A stretch of DNA of 63,481 nt, the filler included, from Rhabdomonas costata (lineage: Eukaryota), in assembly GCA_019059605.1 (NCBI GenBank). It is 47 parts of 47 records of this genome, joined end to end, with 100 filler letters (N's around TTAATTAATTAA, not from the genome) between each part and the next. Parts side by side here need not be neighbours in the genome. Positions count along the whole stretch, not along the records: positions 24,358 to 25,610 come from JAHMHO010021816.1; positions 25,711 to 26,963 come from JAHMHO010021817.1; positions 27,064 to 28,317 come from JAHMHO010021818.1; positions 28,418 to 29,670 come from JAHMHO010021819.1; positions 29,771 to 31,023 come from JAHMHO010021820.1; positions 31,124 to 32,376 come from JAHMHO010021821.1; positions 32,477 to 33,729 come from JAHMHO010021822.1; positions 33,830 to 35,082 come from JAHMHO010021823.1; 39 more parts are not named here. The stretch is one strand, 5' to 3'. Position 1 is the stretch's first letter. Every line of letters begins with the position of its first letter. The translations under genes were made by a program, and so were the position numbers. A model generated the notes under the pieces. The model saw nothing but the letters and a program-made list of their open reading frames with translations. It made no database searches and had not been told where the DNA came from. This document shows, piece after piece, positions 25,397-38,175 of this stretch.

Positions 25397-26457
25397 GTGC
25401 CTCACTCTGGGCGCTTTTCCCGTTCACCAGCGCATTTGGGAAAGACAGAATTGGGGCAAGTACCTTTCGTTTTGACTTCCTTGAGCCTTAGCTTTTGCCT
25501 TCGCATGCTGCAGTGACACTCTACTGTGCAAAAAAAAGGTGAGAATTGGATCACAGAAACAGCCGCTGCAGCGCCCACATTCCGCCAATGCGAATCTTCC
25601 ACCAACCAACNNNNNNNNNNNNNNNNNNNNNNNNNNNNNNNNNNNNNNNNNNNNTTAATTAATTAANNNNNNNNNNNNNNNNNNNNNNNNNNNNNNNNNN
25701 NNNNNNNNNNGGGGGGTTGGGGCAGGGGCGTGGGCAGCGCGGTTGGAGCTGGGGCAGAGAAGGGGCCCAGGAAGGCCTGTACCTGAGCCTGTTTCAAATA
25801 ATATAAAAAAGAAGATCGAATGCACTTCAATCACACCGAAAAGTCACAGCAAAAAAGCATAAATTTCACAGATCGCACGGAAAAAAGCAAATTACAGCCA
25901 CGCAAAGCTGTTAAGAGACAGACTGCACGCCAGAAAAAATGGGAGACTGACCAGGCACTGATTGACATGTGTCGGTAACACTGGTGGCTGGAGGGGGCGC
26001 CCCACGGCAACAGTGCCGGAGTGGGTCGCATAAAGCGCCCTGCCCGTTCGGCGCACTAGAATTGCGGCTGCTGGTTAATTACAAGGGAACCACAAAGTTC
26101 GCGGCCGCCCATTCCAAAAAGCCTGCAACCTTCAACAACAAAGAGTAAAAAAAAACTTGAGCAGCATCGCTAGTCAATCTCGCCTCGCTTTCAAATACGG
26201 GGTTGCATTTCTACTGATGATGTCCCTTCGCTCGGTTTCAAGTTGCTATTAGCAGCTCCGAAAACACCGCCGTTGATTTGGGTGATTCTGACAGCGCACA
26301 TGTTGGCATATGCTTGTAAATGTTTGTGTGCACAAGAAAAAGACGAAGAAGGACGGAAAAATCAGATTCAAGCCTAGACGGAGCAGAACAGGTGCTTGTC
26401 GGGTCGGCTGCATTGACTCATCCAAATGAATGACATGTGTAAAGACTGGCACACACC

Positions 26458-26960
26458 CATGAGGGGAGCTGTCCAGGCTGCAGTCCAAGCCCAGGGGTGA
26501 TGGCCGCAATCGAAGGTGTACCCGGGGGAAGGGAGGGCAGGGCCCGAACAAGAGGGGCGGGCGCCGGGGGACTGGCCCACGGCACTGATGGAAGAGGCAA
26601 AGACCCCAGGCCACCATGATGAAGGCTGGACATGAAGGGATTCGAGCCAAGCCCAGGAGAGAACGGGGAGAGCGAGGGAGCGGAGCCGATGCATGGGGGA
26701 ATGCCTGCGGCCGAAGAAAACGGGGTGGGCGCGACAGCCAAGGGTTTTGAACCCAGGCCGGGCGGAATGGCGGTGATGGAAGAAGCCGAGCCAAAGCCCG
26801 ATGTGAGGGATGCAACTGAGGGGAAGGAGGCCAAGCCAGACGGGGCTGCGGTGGACGGATTCGGACCAAGTCTGAACGAAGGGAAGAAAGCGTTGGACCC
26901 AAGAGTGGGGGAGAGGGCTCCGATTGACGGGTTAGACAAGGCCATAGTTTCACAAGTCAA
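26458..26960 (-). CDS. Pro/Ser/Gly-rich low-complexity coding region
   Basis: Open frame with recurring PGLGS(N/K)P motifs ending near a GTGTG donor. Confidence 0.4.
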
Positions 26961-27915
26961 AAGNNNNNNNNNNNNNNNNNNNNNNNNNNNNNNNNNNNNN
27001 NNNNNNNTTAATTAATTAANNNNNNNNNNNNNNNNNNNNNNNNNNNNNNNNNNNNNNNNNNNNCCTGCATTGCTCCATTGCGGCTCAGGTCTCTGCGATT
27101 CCACACTCCTTCCTTGGGGGACTGGGGTCTTTTCTCGCGGGAACGCCCCTTGGAGGTTTTGTTTCGGATGCTATTGTGTTTGTGTGTGTGTGCATGCGCG
27201 TGTATGTGTCTGTTGGGTATGTTGTGCATTGTATGGGGCACTGGCTGTTGGTGACTGCTGTGGAATGAGGTGCGCACACGCTGTCGGCCACGGGTTCTCG
27301 TTAGAGTTACCCTCGAAGAGAACGACGTTGTGGGGTACCGGCTCACCACCGAACGTTTCACGTGCGGTAACCTCCCTTCTTCCCAACGGTCCCGGGCATT
27401 TGTCACGCAGCTAATTTTTCCACCCGCTACTGGCGCTGCTCCATTGCTGCTAGGGTATCTGAGCCTCCACCCTGCGTGTTAGTGTTGGGAGGGCGTGATA
27501 CACATTCAACACCGTTAAATATTCAGCCGTCAGTCCCCATGCCATTCTCAAAAGCGCGTGCTAACTGACTTGATGCGAATGGGGGTGGAAGCGGAGAATT
27601 CGAAACGGCGGTACTCCCATTAAAAAGTTACAGAGTACGAGAATGCCTATCGTCAAAGGCCCACCACATGGAACTGCCACACAGATAGAAGGTTGAGGCA
27701 GGCAGGCAGGCAGAAAAAAAAGGAGGGGAATTGGATAGGATGCGCACGTGCTAGCATGTTTATCTCGCATCTCCCAAAACAAAACACGGAGACGGAGGGG
27801 GGGTTACAGCCACTCACATTTGAACATTCAGATTCTTTTCTTGTTCTCGAGCAAACAAAAGTTTTCGATTCGCGAATATGGGGAGGCGAACGGCAGAGGG
27901 GAAAACAACACGCAC

Positions 27916-28127
27916 CACTGCCCAACAAAGCGATCCGCTCCATATTTAGCATGCGCCTGCATGGCTCGGCCAAAGATCCTCTCCCGCTGCGCCGGAGTCT
28001 GCACAGGCGGCTTGGTGAGCCCCTGGACGGCCCTGCTGCGCATCCTCCAGAACATGGCGAAGCCAAGCTCCATGCTGGCGTAGGCCCCGGCCACCATGGT
28101 CATCGTGGTGAGAGGCATCCCCTCGAC
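27916..28127 (-). CDS. Exon of a hypothetical protein (TM helix then PP.T..QR.RIF...FV..W), possibly the N-terminus of an alpha/beta-hydrolase-like family
   Basis: CAG acceptor at 28128-28130, GTGCG donor at 27915; family call from memory only. Confidence 0.4.
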
Positions 28128-28598
28128 CTGGGCTTCACAACTCTCTCTCTTTCTCTCGCACACCACTTCAGTATCTGCCTCCCTACTCTATGCTATCACT
28201 CTCTCCCACCCTTTGGCGAGTAGAGGCCGCTGGGTTACTTCTAGGGTCCTTCTTTCGACAACCTGCAGGCGCGCCTGCAGGTTGTCGAAAGAAGGACCCT
28301 AGAAGTAACCCAACACANNNNNNNNNNNNNNNNNNNNNNNNNNNNNNNNNNNNNNNNNNNNTTAATTAATTAANNNNNNNNNNNNNNNNNNNNNNNNNNN
28401 NNNNNNNNNNNNNNNNNGGTGTTTGGGTCAGATGGATCCCAGTTGAGATGCGGCTGGCGCGCAACGACTCTTCAGAATGGTGAGAATTGCACACGGTGTT
28501 GCAATCCCCATCCCTTCCTGCTGGCTTCCGCGTGGTGGATAGTGGTGGGAGGTGAGGGTTTAGGGCTAGGGTTAGGAGATGCACCAAGGCGCGCACAC

Positions 28599-28703
28599 TT
28601 CGGCAGCAGTCCGATTGCACACATGTTTGCGAGGAGCACACAGTGGAGTTGGAGGCCGAGGCATACACCACGGGACAGGTGTAGCTGCTGCACGTCGGGT
28701 TGG
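28599..28703 (-). CDS. Single 105-bp exon encoding a Cys-rich module (NPTCSSYTCPVVYASASNSTVCSSQTCVQSDCC)
   Basis: TTTTCAG acceptor, GTGTG donor, phase 1-1; same Cys pattern as 4964-5062. Confidence 0.62.
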
Positions 28704-31139
28704 CTGAAAATACACACACACACAAACACACACACACATTGCGCCTTGGCGCTTGCTGCTTGATCTGCACACCTGCTGGTTTTATTTTGGCGCGGTGTTG
28801 CTGTTTGTGCTGGACGACTGGACGAGTATTGGGGTGAAGGTGTGCGCCGCGCCCATTCAGACACGTACACCCAATGAGACACACCAAAAGACATATCCAC
28901 AGATACAGAGACAAAGAGACATGCGCGGCGCAAAGCCCCGTGTTTGTCTCTGTCAGCCATTCAGGGTCATCGGTGCGGACGTATCCCCATGAACGTGCAA
29001 ACAAACACCCACCTCATTCGTTTCGGATTCCACGAGGTCAGTGTGGAGGAGGCAGTGGCAGGAAGCCTCGCGAAAGCAAAGAGCCCCGAGATATTCAACC
29101 CCGAGGTGTGTGTTCAGGGAGCTTCTCTCCAGAGTAAAACTGGCATGTAAATCCTGCGGCAACTAACGCAAACAAACGCCAGAAACGAAACCTGAAATAG
29201 GAGGTCATCCCTAGGAGAACCGAGCCTCAAATGGCCCTATCCAGCCAATTATTGCACAGCCCTCCCCTCCTTGAAAGTGAGTCCCTCCCCCATAGCTAGC
29301 ATTGGAGCCCAATGGGTAGAGGTGCCCTTGTGAGGTCCAGCCGGCCCATGGGCTGGCCGACAGGGCCCCTTAGCCGAAAAGGGGGGCTCCGGGGGCTCGA
29401 AAATATGGGAACCAGAAAAATGTGCGCCGGCACCACAAAACACCGTTAAATGGTCGAAATTTCTTCAAACAGTAGCCCTAACCTTTCGTGGTGGGAAGGA
29501 AACGGACGTTTCCGAAGAAAAGTATTTTTGCATGATCCCCGCCTCATCAGTCCGCTCCGGTCCTGTTGTGCGTTTACTGTGCGTTTACTGGCCTGCGCCC
29601 CTAAATAATATTAATATTGTCCCAATCGATCCACAAAGTCCAAAGCGTTTAACCTCCCCCCCTCCCCCAANNNNNNNNNNNNNNNNNNNNNNNNNNNNNN
29701 NNNNNNNNNNNNNNTTAATTAATTAANNNNNNNNNNNNNNNNNNNNNNNNNNNNNNNNNNNNNNNNNNNNGGTTTTTGTCATGTCTGGGTGGAGGAGACG
29801 CGCACACCTAATAAAGCCCAGTCCCGCAAGAAGTTAGCACACGCGGGCATTAACACCGGAATGTGCACCAGTTCCCTGTCGTCGGATCAGTGTTTTTACA
29901 GAATGTAGCATTGACTTACAGAGATCAGGTCCTGTACTGGGGGTGTGCTGGGAAGGGGGTTGGAGCCACTCATTGTTATATGCCACTTGAGCATTGGGTT
30001 GCGCCTGTACTTTTTCGAGTCAATCAGTGACAGCTGCTTCGTTTTCTTCTGTAACAAAAATGTCTACATCACTTGAAAAGGAGGTCGAGGACCTCAGGCT
30101 CAAGCTTGAGGAACAAACACCCCTGTTGTATTAATATATGCGGGAAGTGTAGCATTTGCTTCACCTTCTTTCTTCATCTTCTCTCTGCCATCCTTTTTTC
30201 TTTGTTTTGAGTTGTGCTTATTTGTTTCCATTCACTGCTATCCGCCAGCAGCAAACATTTATTTCGTTTCTTTTTCGGAGTTGTGTGTCCTCGTCGTCAT
30301 GGCACTGCCAGTTGGGTTGGTGTTGATCCTGACGCTGAGCTTTGCTGTCCAAGCTGTTGCCAGAGTCTGCATGCTCTTCCGCTCTCACTCTCTCTCAATT
30401 CTCTCAATGGTTGACCTTGTTCAACGTGCTGGTGCATGTGTAATTGTGGAATTGTGACCAATGAGTCCGAACACTACATGCTATTATACAAGTTCCTTTC
30501 AATTACAACAACTGGCAAGCGTAATGACAGGGCTTGGGAAGTTAAGCAGGGTGCAAAATAAGTATTGAAATCCGACCAACCAAAACTATTGAGAGGTGAA
30601 GATGAGACATACTTGCCGACAAGTTAAAACGTGGCAAAGGGGAGTGACAATTTTGCGGCTGCAGTCGATACAGTCAAAGTGGATTGAGCGTTATTTGAAG
30701 TTAAGGTGCCTTCTTCTTCGTACACCCGTGGTTTCCTGCTTGCGAGTGATTTGCTTGGGTTGCAGTACACATAGATCTCTGGCAGCGGCACATGGGAGGA
30801 CGGTCAATTTGATGTCACGGAGCAGATGCGCCCGATCTTTGAGGACCTGATGCGGCGCTCCAGTTCGCACTACCCCACCTGTGGTCAAGTCCAGGTGGAA
30901 ACGTGGTCATCCAGCAGGTGAGGCGAGTTATTTCGGGTTATTTTTCTGTGTCACGTGCTGCTGCGATGCAAAATGTTTCATGTTTTCCCCTCCTCTTTGC
31001 AGGAAATTCACACCCACAAACCCNNNNNNNNNNNNNNNNNNNNNNNNNNNNNNNNNNNNNNNNNNNNTTAATTAATTAANNNNNNNNNNNNNNNNNNNNN
31101 NNNNNNNNNNNNNNNNNNNNNNNGGTTTGTGGTGCTGGC

Positions 31140-32207
31140 ATGCCAGGAGGCGCTTAGGCAGACCACTGCGGAGGCCTCTGCCCTTCGCGGACGGTTGAGC
31201 CATCTGGAAGCCTCGGCCCGCGCTCTCCAGCATGAGGTAGACTCAGCGAGGGCTAAGGTGAGCGCGTTGTGGAGGGGAGGTTGCTTCCTCAATTGCTATT
31301 GATTAAAATCTTTCGGACAACGAAGTCTTCTCCAGACAACGGTATCAGAATTCTTGTTCCTTCCCTGCCCCTTCTCTTCGTTATGTATCATTCGCTCAGA
31401 ACAGTGTGATGACGCGCACGGTTTGTCCCTGTTGGAAGTGATCGCTGCGTCCTTAAATTATCAGAGTGAGGGCCGCGATCAGATCTGGTTACCATGGGTC
31501 AAAGCTCGAAGTAATAACGCTGAAGTGATGACAGAGAGATGTGTGTACTCCAAGGAGGATGTATCTCCATTCGTGAATAGCAGAGTAGCCATCCACAGTT
31601 ATTAGTGGATCTATCAACCAATTCCCTTAGTTCAAAATTACTCGTTACATCCCGACTCTGGCGTCGCTTGCAGACCGCGCGCTGACTGATCGAGACAGTG
31701 ACACGATATGAAATGAAAAGTGAAGTGACGTGAAATGAAAGGATGAGCATCCGATATTCGTGCCCTCCAGGGAATTCACCCGGTGGAGAAGACCACATTG
31801 GAGGCCCCGAGGCGACCCAGCGCGGCCAGCGAGTCCTCCTCTGCGTCCTCCCCCAAGCCGCCCGCCGACTCTGCGGGTATCGAGGGCGTCTCCAGGTGCT
31901 GTGTTCTTTTTTTTTTGGAATGGGAGGAGTTGCGCACCGCATGGTTGGTTGTGTCCTTTCTGATGCTGGGCTGTATTCTTGCGCAATCCTCTTTGTACAC
32001 ACTCGCTCCCACCTCTCTCCTCGTCGCTGGGCACGCGCTGGTGAGGTTGAGATGAAGGGGTGTTGGGTGGTGTTCAGCAAGCACTCCTCCGAGGGGCATC
32101 CTCCAGCTGCCGCTGCGGCTGCAACGGAGCAGCCTGCAAGCGCCTCCTCCAAAGGCTCCTCCTGGCTCGATAAGGCTACCAAGCAGGCCGCAGCTCTGAA
32201 AGCAAAG
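31140..32207 (+). CDS. Multi-exon hypothetical coiled-coil / Ser-rich protein
   Basis: Exons ~31140-31257, 31771-31895 and 32078-32207 with GT-AG ends and compatible phases. Confidence 0.45.
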
Positions 32208-33952
32208 GTTACGTTTTAGACGGATCCTCTTTTTTGTGACACCCCTCTTGTGTTCAGTGCTTGCATATTTTAGGTTTTACGCCCTCTCCCAAGTTCGTTG
32301 AAGGACCCGTTATCTGCTGCATGCGTTGTCTGTTTTTCTGTTTTCTTCACCACAACCACCACACACACCCACCACANNNNNNNNNNNNNNNNNNNNNNNN
32401 NNNNNNNNNNNNNNNNNNNNTTAATTAATTAANNNNNNNNNNNNNNNNNNNNNNNNNNNNNNNNNNNNNNNNNNNNGGGTTTGGTAGGTTGGTTGGTAGG
32501 TGCCAACACCGAACGCTTTGGTGTACCAGCATATATTCATGGTTGGCACCAAAATATCCACTATATATTTTTTATGGTATGGTACCAAATGTAGCGCTAA
32601 AAAATGTAAATTTTGTGATTTCATCGTAATCTTTTTGTAAGATTTTTGGATTTTTGGATTTTTAATTCTTTGATTTTCAAAATTTGAGTTTTTTGATAGA
32701 GTAGAGTGTGGTGACATTGCAAAATACACCCGTGGTAGTGGTGCCAGTAAAGTGGGTGTTTGTGTTGACGTTTGGTTTCTGAATTGGTGTCAGACGCCCT
32801 TCAGCTTCTGGATGTCATGTAGCAAAGGGATGTTGACGAATAAGCGTCTTTGTATCTCTTCCATGGATGTTTGCGTATCGTCCAAAACATTGGTCACCAA
32901 AATGTAGAAAGTAATATGTGCGTAGATGCGGCAGTACCCTACAGAATTTGTGAGCGTGTCAACCTGAAGGTAGCTCCAAGAGCGCACAGTCAAGCGTGGC
33001 GAATGAGACGTCTGTGGTTCCGTTTCTTGTTTCGAGGGTTCGAGTAAAAAGTATTGGTGTGGCTATCTGTTAATGTGGACTTACAGTGAGGGTATGCATG
33101 TAGGAAGGCTTGTATATGTGAAGATGGACGCAATGAAAATGTATTTAGCAAATCACGTCAGCAACACCACGAATGACTATGCACCCGTGACACCTGTTGC
33201 TCGATCATTGCGTGGGTGCAACACTTGCGGTGGCTGCACTAGTATCTTACGTAGTGGATTGGGAATTTCCAGTACCAAGAAATCAGAATGTAGTAGAAGA
33301 AGCGAGCTATAACAGCTATGCAGCACGTCGCCTGAGTGGTACTATATGACATAGTCAGCATACCGGTGGAACGGTGAGTATGTGCGCATATCTGTGCGTA
33401 TTTGTGCACTCAGTACACTTAATGTAGTAGCTAAGGTAGTTGTAACGATACCATACGTGTGTTATAGCTGAATGGAAACCGTAAGAAAGGTATGGCTATG
33501 AGACCATGCACCACACTGAAGGCATCCAAGAGCTTGTTAACAGGCCATCACGGGTTAGCAAGGAATCACAGACACGTGCTAAAGAGAACTTAGTAAAATC
33601 CTGACACTACGGTACGAGATGCCTATGTGTAGGATTGTATCTGCCACTTTGGTCGACACGAACGGACGGCCAAGAATACCACGGTCCTACGATCAATACC
33701 CAACAAACCCATTGTAGCAAACCCACACANNNNNNNNNNNNNNNNNNNNNNNNNNNNNNNNNNNNNNNNNNNNTTAATTAATTAANNNNNNNNNNNNNNN
33801 NNNNNNNNNNNNNNNNNNNNNNNNNNNNNTGTTTTGTTGAGATGAAATGAAGTTGAGTGGTGAAATTGTTGGGGCCAGAGCTTTTATTCTAGGCTGCTCA
33901 TGAATGCTGTCCATTACTGAGCTTTCTTTTTTGCCTGCCATTCCACCTGCAG

Positions 33953-34120
33953 GCTGTTGTCACCGGAGGGGGGCGGATCACGCATGACCAGGAGTCCAGA
34001 ACGATAAAGGTGTTTGGGTACTCGCATGGCTTTGGCCGGGCAGACCACGAGAAATCAGCTGCTCTTTTGCGAGAGGAGTACCCTGGATACACAGTGGTGG
34101 TGACTAGCGACGCGTATTGA
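33953..34120 (+). CDS. PHPT1: Janus/Ocnus family 14-kDa phosphohistidine phosphatase, last exon
   Basis: CAG|AVVTGGGRITHDQESRTIKVFGYSHGFGRADH...EEYPGYTV...DAY-stop; not in the supplied ORF track. Confidence 0.88.
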   Translation, partial: AVVTGGGRITHDQESRTIKVFGYSHGFGRADHEKSAALLREEYPGYTVVVTSDAY

Positions 34121-34498
34121 CGTCATCGCGAACCTCTAACCGTTGGGCGATGGGCGCCCGGCTTGGTGACGTGCGCCTTGAGTGCTTGGCGTTGGCCGCT
34201 GAGTTGTTACTATACAGTGGCGCAGAAGGCATCCAGCATTTTCCAGCAATTTCACCACTCAACTTCATTTCATCTCAACAAAATCGCCGTTGTCATCATA
34301 TGATATAGAACAGGCTGAAAGCAAAGTCAAACCGACCGAAAGGGTTGCACAAACAATGGAAACCAAAACAACTGCCCACATGTCAAGCCGCACAGATCGG
34401 ATGCTGCGCCGCATAATCACAGCCATTCAGTTTCCGTTGGAAACATTTGCCGGGGAACTGGGAAGGCAGACTGGGAATTGAGCGGTACTGTGGCACAC

Positions 34499-34624
34499 CA
34501 GAATTCCCTTGTTCTTCGCCCATTGCACTAAAGGCCTGGCAACGTCGACGTGGTAGGAGGCCCTGGCGTTTCCCCGCACCACAAACTTGGTGTGGGTGGA
34601 GTCGGAGAGGCTAATCAGGACGTA
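34499..34624 (-). CDS. PHPT1: Janus/Ocnus (PHPT1) penultimate exon
   Basis: CAG|YVLISLSDSTHTKFVVRGNARASYHVDV...KGIL|GTGTG matches (K)YVLI...VRG...YH.D; phase 0, joins the 33953 exon. Confidence 0.85.
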
Positions 34625-37472
34625 CTGTTGCGTTGAAACGAGTTCCAACCAATAGATGACCTTTCATATTACCCGAAAATGGGCAAAGAATTGGGCCCAC
34701 AAATTTCTCTGAAGTCGGGGGGACAAATCTCCCGTTTAACGGGGTTTTACTATTGGGAATTAATGGTTTTCGATTGGATTCGAAATTTTTTGGGGCAAGA
34801 CCACCGATATTGATTACCAAAACTGGTAGTGCCAAATATGACATTGAACGTCGACACATTCCGAGGACAGACACAAAATCAACCAATCTCATCGGAAGTG
34901 AGGTCAGCTTGCAATTTCCGGTGAACCATCGTCAGGACACAAATTTTCACAAACTGCAAGCTACCACCAGTGGGCCGGAGTTATAGACTCTAGATAGATA
35001 CTGCTATCCGAGCTATAAAAAATAAATGCAACCCACACTATTAGGCACAACGGCACGGTTGCCGCAGTGCAGAAACAACACANNNNNNNNNNNNNNNNNN
35101 NNNNNNNNNNNNNNNNNNNNNNNNNNTTAATTAATTAANNNNNNNNNNNNNNNNNNNNNNNNNNNNNNNNNNNNNNNNNNNNTGTGTGGTGTTGGGCGCG
35201 TTGCGCGCTGGCTGTTGCCTGGTTGACTTTTGTGTCTGTGTGTGTGTGGGGGGGGTCGTTTCTGTGGTGGCGTTTTAACGGGTACCTTTCTGTACAGCTC
35301 AACAGCAATAGTCGTGCGGAATTGTGAGGCATGTGAGCGTGAGAGAAATTTATCCGCTTGCTATTCCTTCTGCTCACAAGCGATGAGAATAGACCCCATA
35401 CTCACTCTTATTTTGGTTGCGGCTCATGATGATTTCTCGATCCTCGCTCGCGAAGGCAAATCCGCTGCCGAAAAGTTAACCTAGGGAAGCGACGCGTGTC
35501 CTCACGTGTTGCTCTTGCGTTGCCGCTGCGCCGACGCCACGGACCGGCAGGGGTAGCCTGGAAATGGGTTTGGGTGAATCAAAACAGGGGCGACGGATGC
35601 TGTCATCAAAGAGAGCGCAAACCAACGAGAATTGAGGTCTTGTAGTAGTCATTCAGCTCCTGAAGCAGAATGGACTTTCCCATAACTGGGCCCAAAACCT
35701 GCAACCAGCAAATCCCAGCAAATCACAACCGCGCATTTTCCGAAATGCCCCGTTTCCGGTCAATTTCTTTCAAGATTAACTTACCCAAAATTCGCTGCCC
35801 GCAACAAGCCAAAAGGAAAAGGAAACTGCAGGGGGGCCCCCAGACGCAGAACGCAACTGCATTCCCAGGAAGAAGATCCAAGTCGCAATGAACCACTTGT
35901 ATTTTGTTTTGAGAAGCACAAAAAACCCATTCGACATATGTACAACAAAGCAAGGGCGAGACAGCCCAAAAAACATACCCACACGACGCGGACAGGGCAT
36001 GGTTTTGGTGGAGGTCTTTTCTACCTCTAGCGGGCAATCGGATACTATCCCGCTGCCTGCCGCTTTTCGGGGTACGGATTACTCCTCGGCTGCAGGGCGG
36101 AGTTTCATGGGAAACCTCAGTGGCACATTAAATCACGGTTCTAAGGAGCTCCACAAACAGACACACGCACACCGAGAGGGTCGAGAGCTGGTCGCAACCC
36201 ACCGACGAGTACCACGCCTCGCCGTACGCCAGCCCCATCTGAAGCTGGAAGCTGGAGCCCTGCGACGCGGCAGCTAGCCCAGAAGCCGTCTCGCAGGCCT
36301 GCGCAACAACCCACCCCACCCCCAACAGAATTACAGAACTATATCGCAGTTCTTGTTTAAATCCCTGCGAGGGAGCTAATGCGGATGGGTAATCTGAATG
36401 GCAGAACACACTTCTTCGCCTGCTCACCACCAAAANNNNNNNNNNNNNNNNNNNNNNNNNNNNNNNNNNNNNNNNNNNNTTAATTAATTAANNNNNNNNN
36501 NNNNNNNNNNNNNNNNNNNNNNNNNNNNNNNNNNNTTTTTGATTGGATTTTTGAACTTTTTGTTGTGTTTTGATTTGGCATGGCATGGCGTGACAATTTT
36601 CTATCTCGTCACCTCTTGCACTCGTGCAGAACATTTACGAGCGCCGCAAGGTGCTAAAGGTCAAGAAGGGCGGGCGGGCGCCGCGGGCAGAACTTTGAAC
36701 TATGCTCCTGGGCGGAACCGGACCCGCACCTTTGGTGCCTTTTGGCATTTTTGGTCCCTGTTTCCAGTTTCTAGTCCATGCTCTGGTGATTGAGGATCGA
36801 AAGAAGTCAGCGGTCAGTTGTTGTTGATGTTGCTTGGGAAGGGGTGAAAATGTTTGCGCTGAGTTTGTGGGGGTAGTTCGACGTTTAAAGTCCAAGCATT
36901 AACTCAAACTCATCATTCCCTCATTCCCTCATCATCATTTCCTCAAATCATCATTCTGCGTATTATGGCAGGAATCATATTAAAAGTGGGAAGGATGATG
37001 AGGATTACAGCTAAATTGATAATGCTGTGGCGCGGTCGATTTTTTATCGCGGTACCTTAGCCTAGGTCGGCTCTGCGGGAACAAGGTTACGCAGGAGCTG
37101 CGTTGTGTCGGCAACGGGTTGCGGGTGCAGGCGTTTTTCAATGCTACATTGTGGCGGAGATGGACGATTGGGACAACCCTAGTAACAGAGGCTGGTGCCC
37201 CCGCATGCTCGGAGCGGGCGGCTAGAGCAACCTGGGGTAGGGCGAATACGTGGGCTGGATGTATTATGCCAGGATATTCCCAGACGGACGATTTAGGAAG
37301 GTAAGGAAAACCTGACCACTTGGTGGCGATTAACATTTAACACCCACATTGAGAAACCTACCAACTATCAGCTCCCGCAGCAGCCGCCGTGGGTGTGTTT
37401 TTGTCGCATTGCACCATGGTTCGATTCAGTGTGCGGCTCGGGGCATTAGCCTTCCTGTTGTTCTGCTTTATC

Positions 37473-37787
37473 ATGAGCAATTCTAATGGCGAGGATGCAC
37501 AGCGGAGAAGCCCAGTAGCTGGCCTCAATGCCGTGGAATGCCTTTCCGTTGACGCCAGTGATTCCAGTAGCGTGATATCCGACAGCTCTAGCATCAGCTC
37601 CTCCTCCACAGAGAATGCCAGCCACCCGCCGAGCTCAGCACACGCTGGCAGTAGCTCCAGGGCGCAGCCCCCTCCCCTGCTCTCGGTTTTGAACTGCAAC
37701 CAACCCCACACGCTTCCCACAGCGGAAGTTCTTCCCGGGGATCCCGACCGCGAGGGAGGAGGCGTAGATGCCAGGCGAGCCTCCCTG
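37473..37787 (+). CDS. Possible Ser-rich N-terminal coding region
   Basis: ATG after a pyrimidine-rich stretch; frame open to the contig end. Confidence 0.3.
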
Positions 37788-38175
37788 NNNNNNNNNNNNN
37801 NNNNNNNNNNNNNNNNNNNNNNNNNNNNNNNTTAATTAATTAANNNNNNNNNNNNNNNNNNNNNNNNNNNNNNNNNNNNNNNNNNNNGGTTGTGGGGGAA
37901 TTCACTAACCTCTTCGATCGATCCTGCCGTGTCGAAGAAGGTTTACTATCATATTTTGCATCCTTATATTGTATCAAATCTCAACCCCCGCTCCGATTAG
38001 ATGAGTCATCCTGGATTTGAATCTCAACGACCGGCACATCCTGCCAGTTGCAGTAGCCTTGCGGTGTATTTGGTCAGAAATGTAGCGTTTTGCTTTCTTT
38101 TGTGTAATTCAGGAACGGTCGCGGCAGTGGGTTTTATCAATCACCCCATTGCCCCTTCCCAGTTTTTTGCTGAAT

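Noticed and set aside
31403..31470. Box C-like motif with a TCGCTGCGTCCTT stretch resembling anti-5.8S sequence
   Set aside because: The match is imperfect and no box D follows the putative guide.
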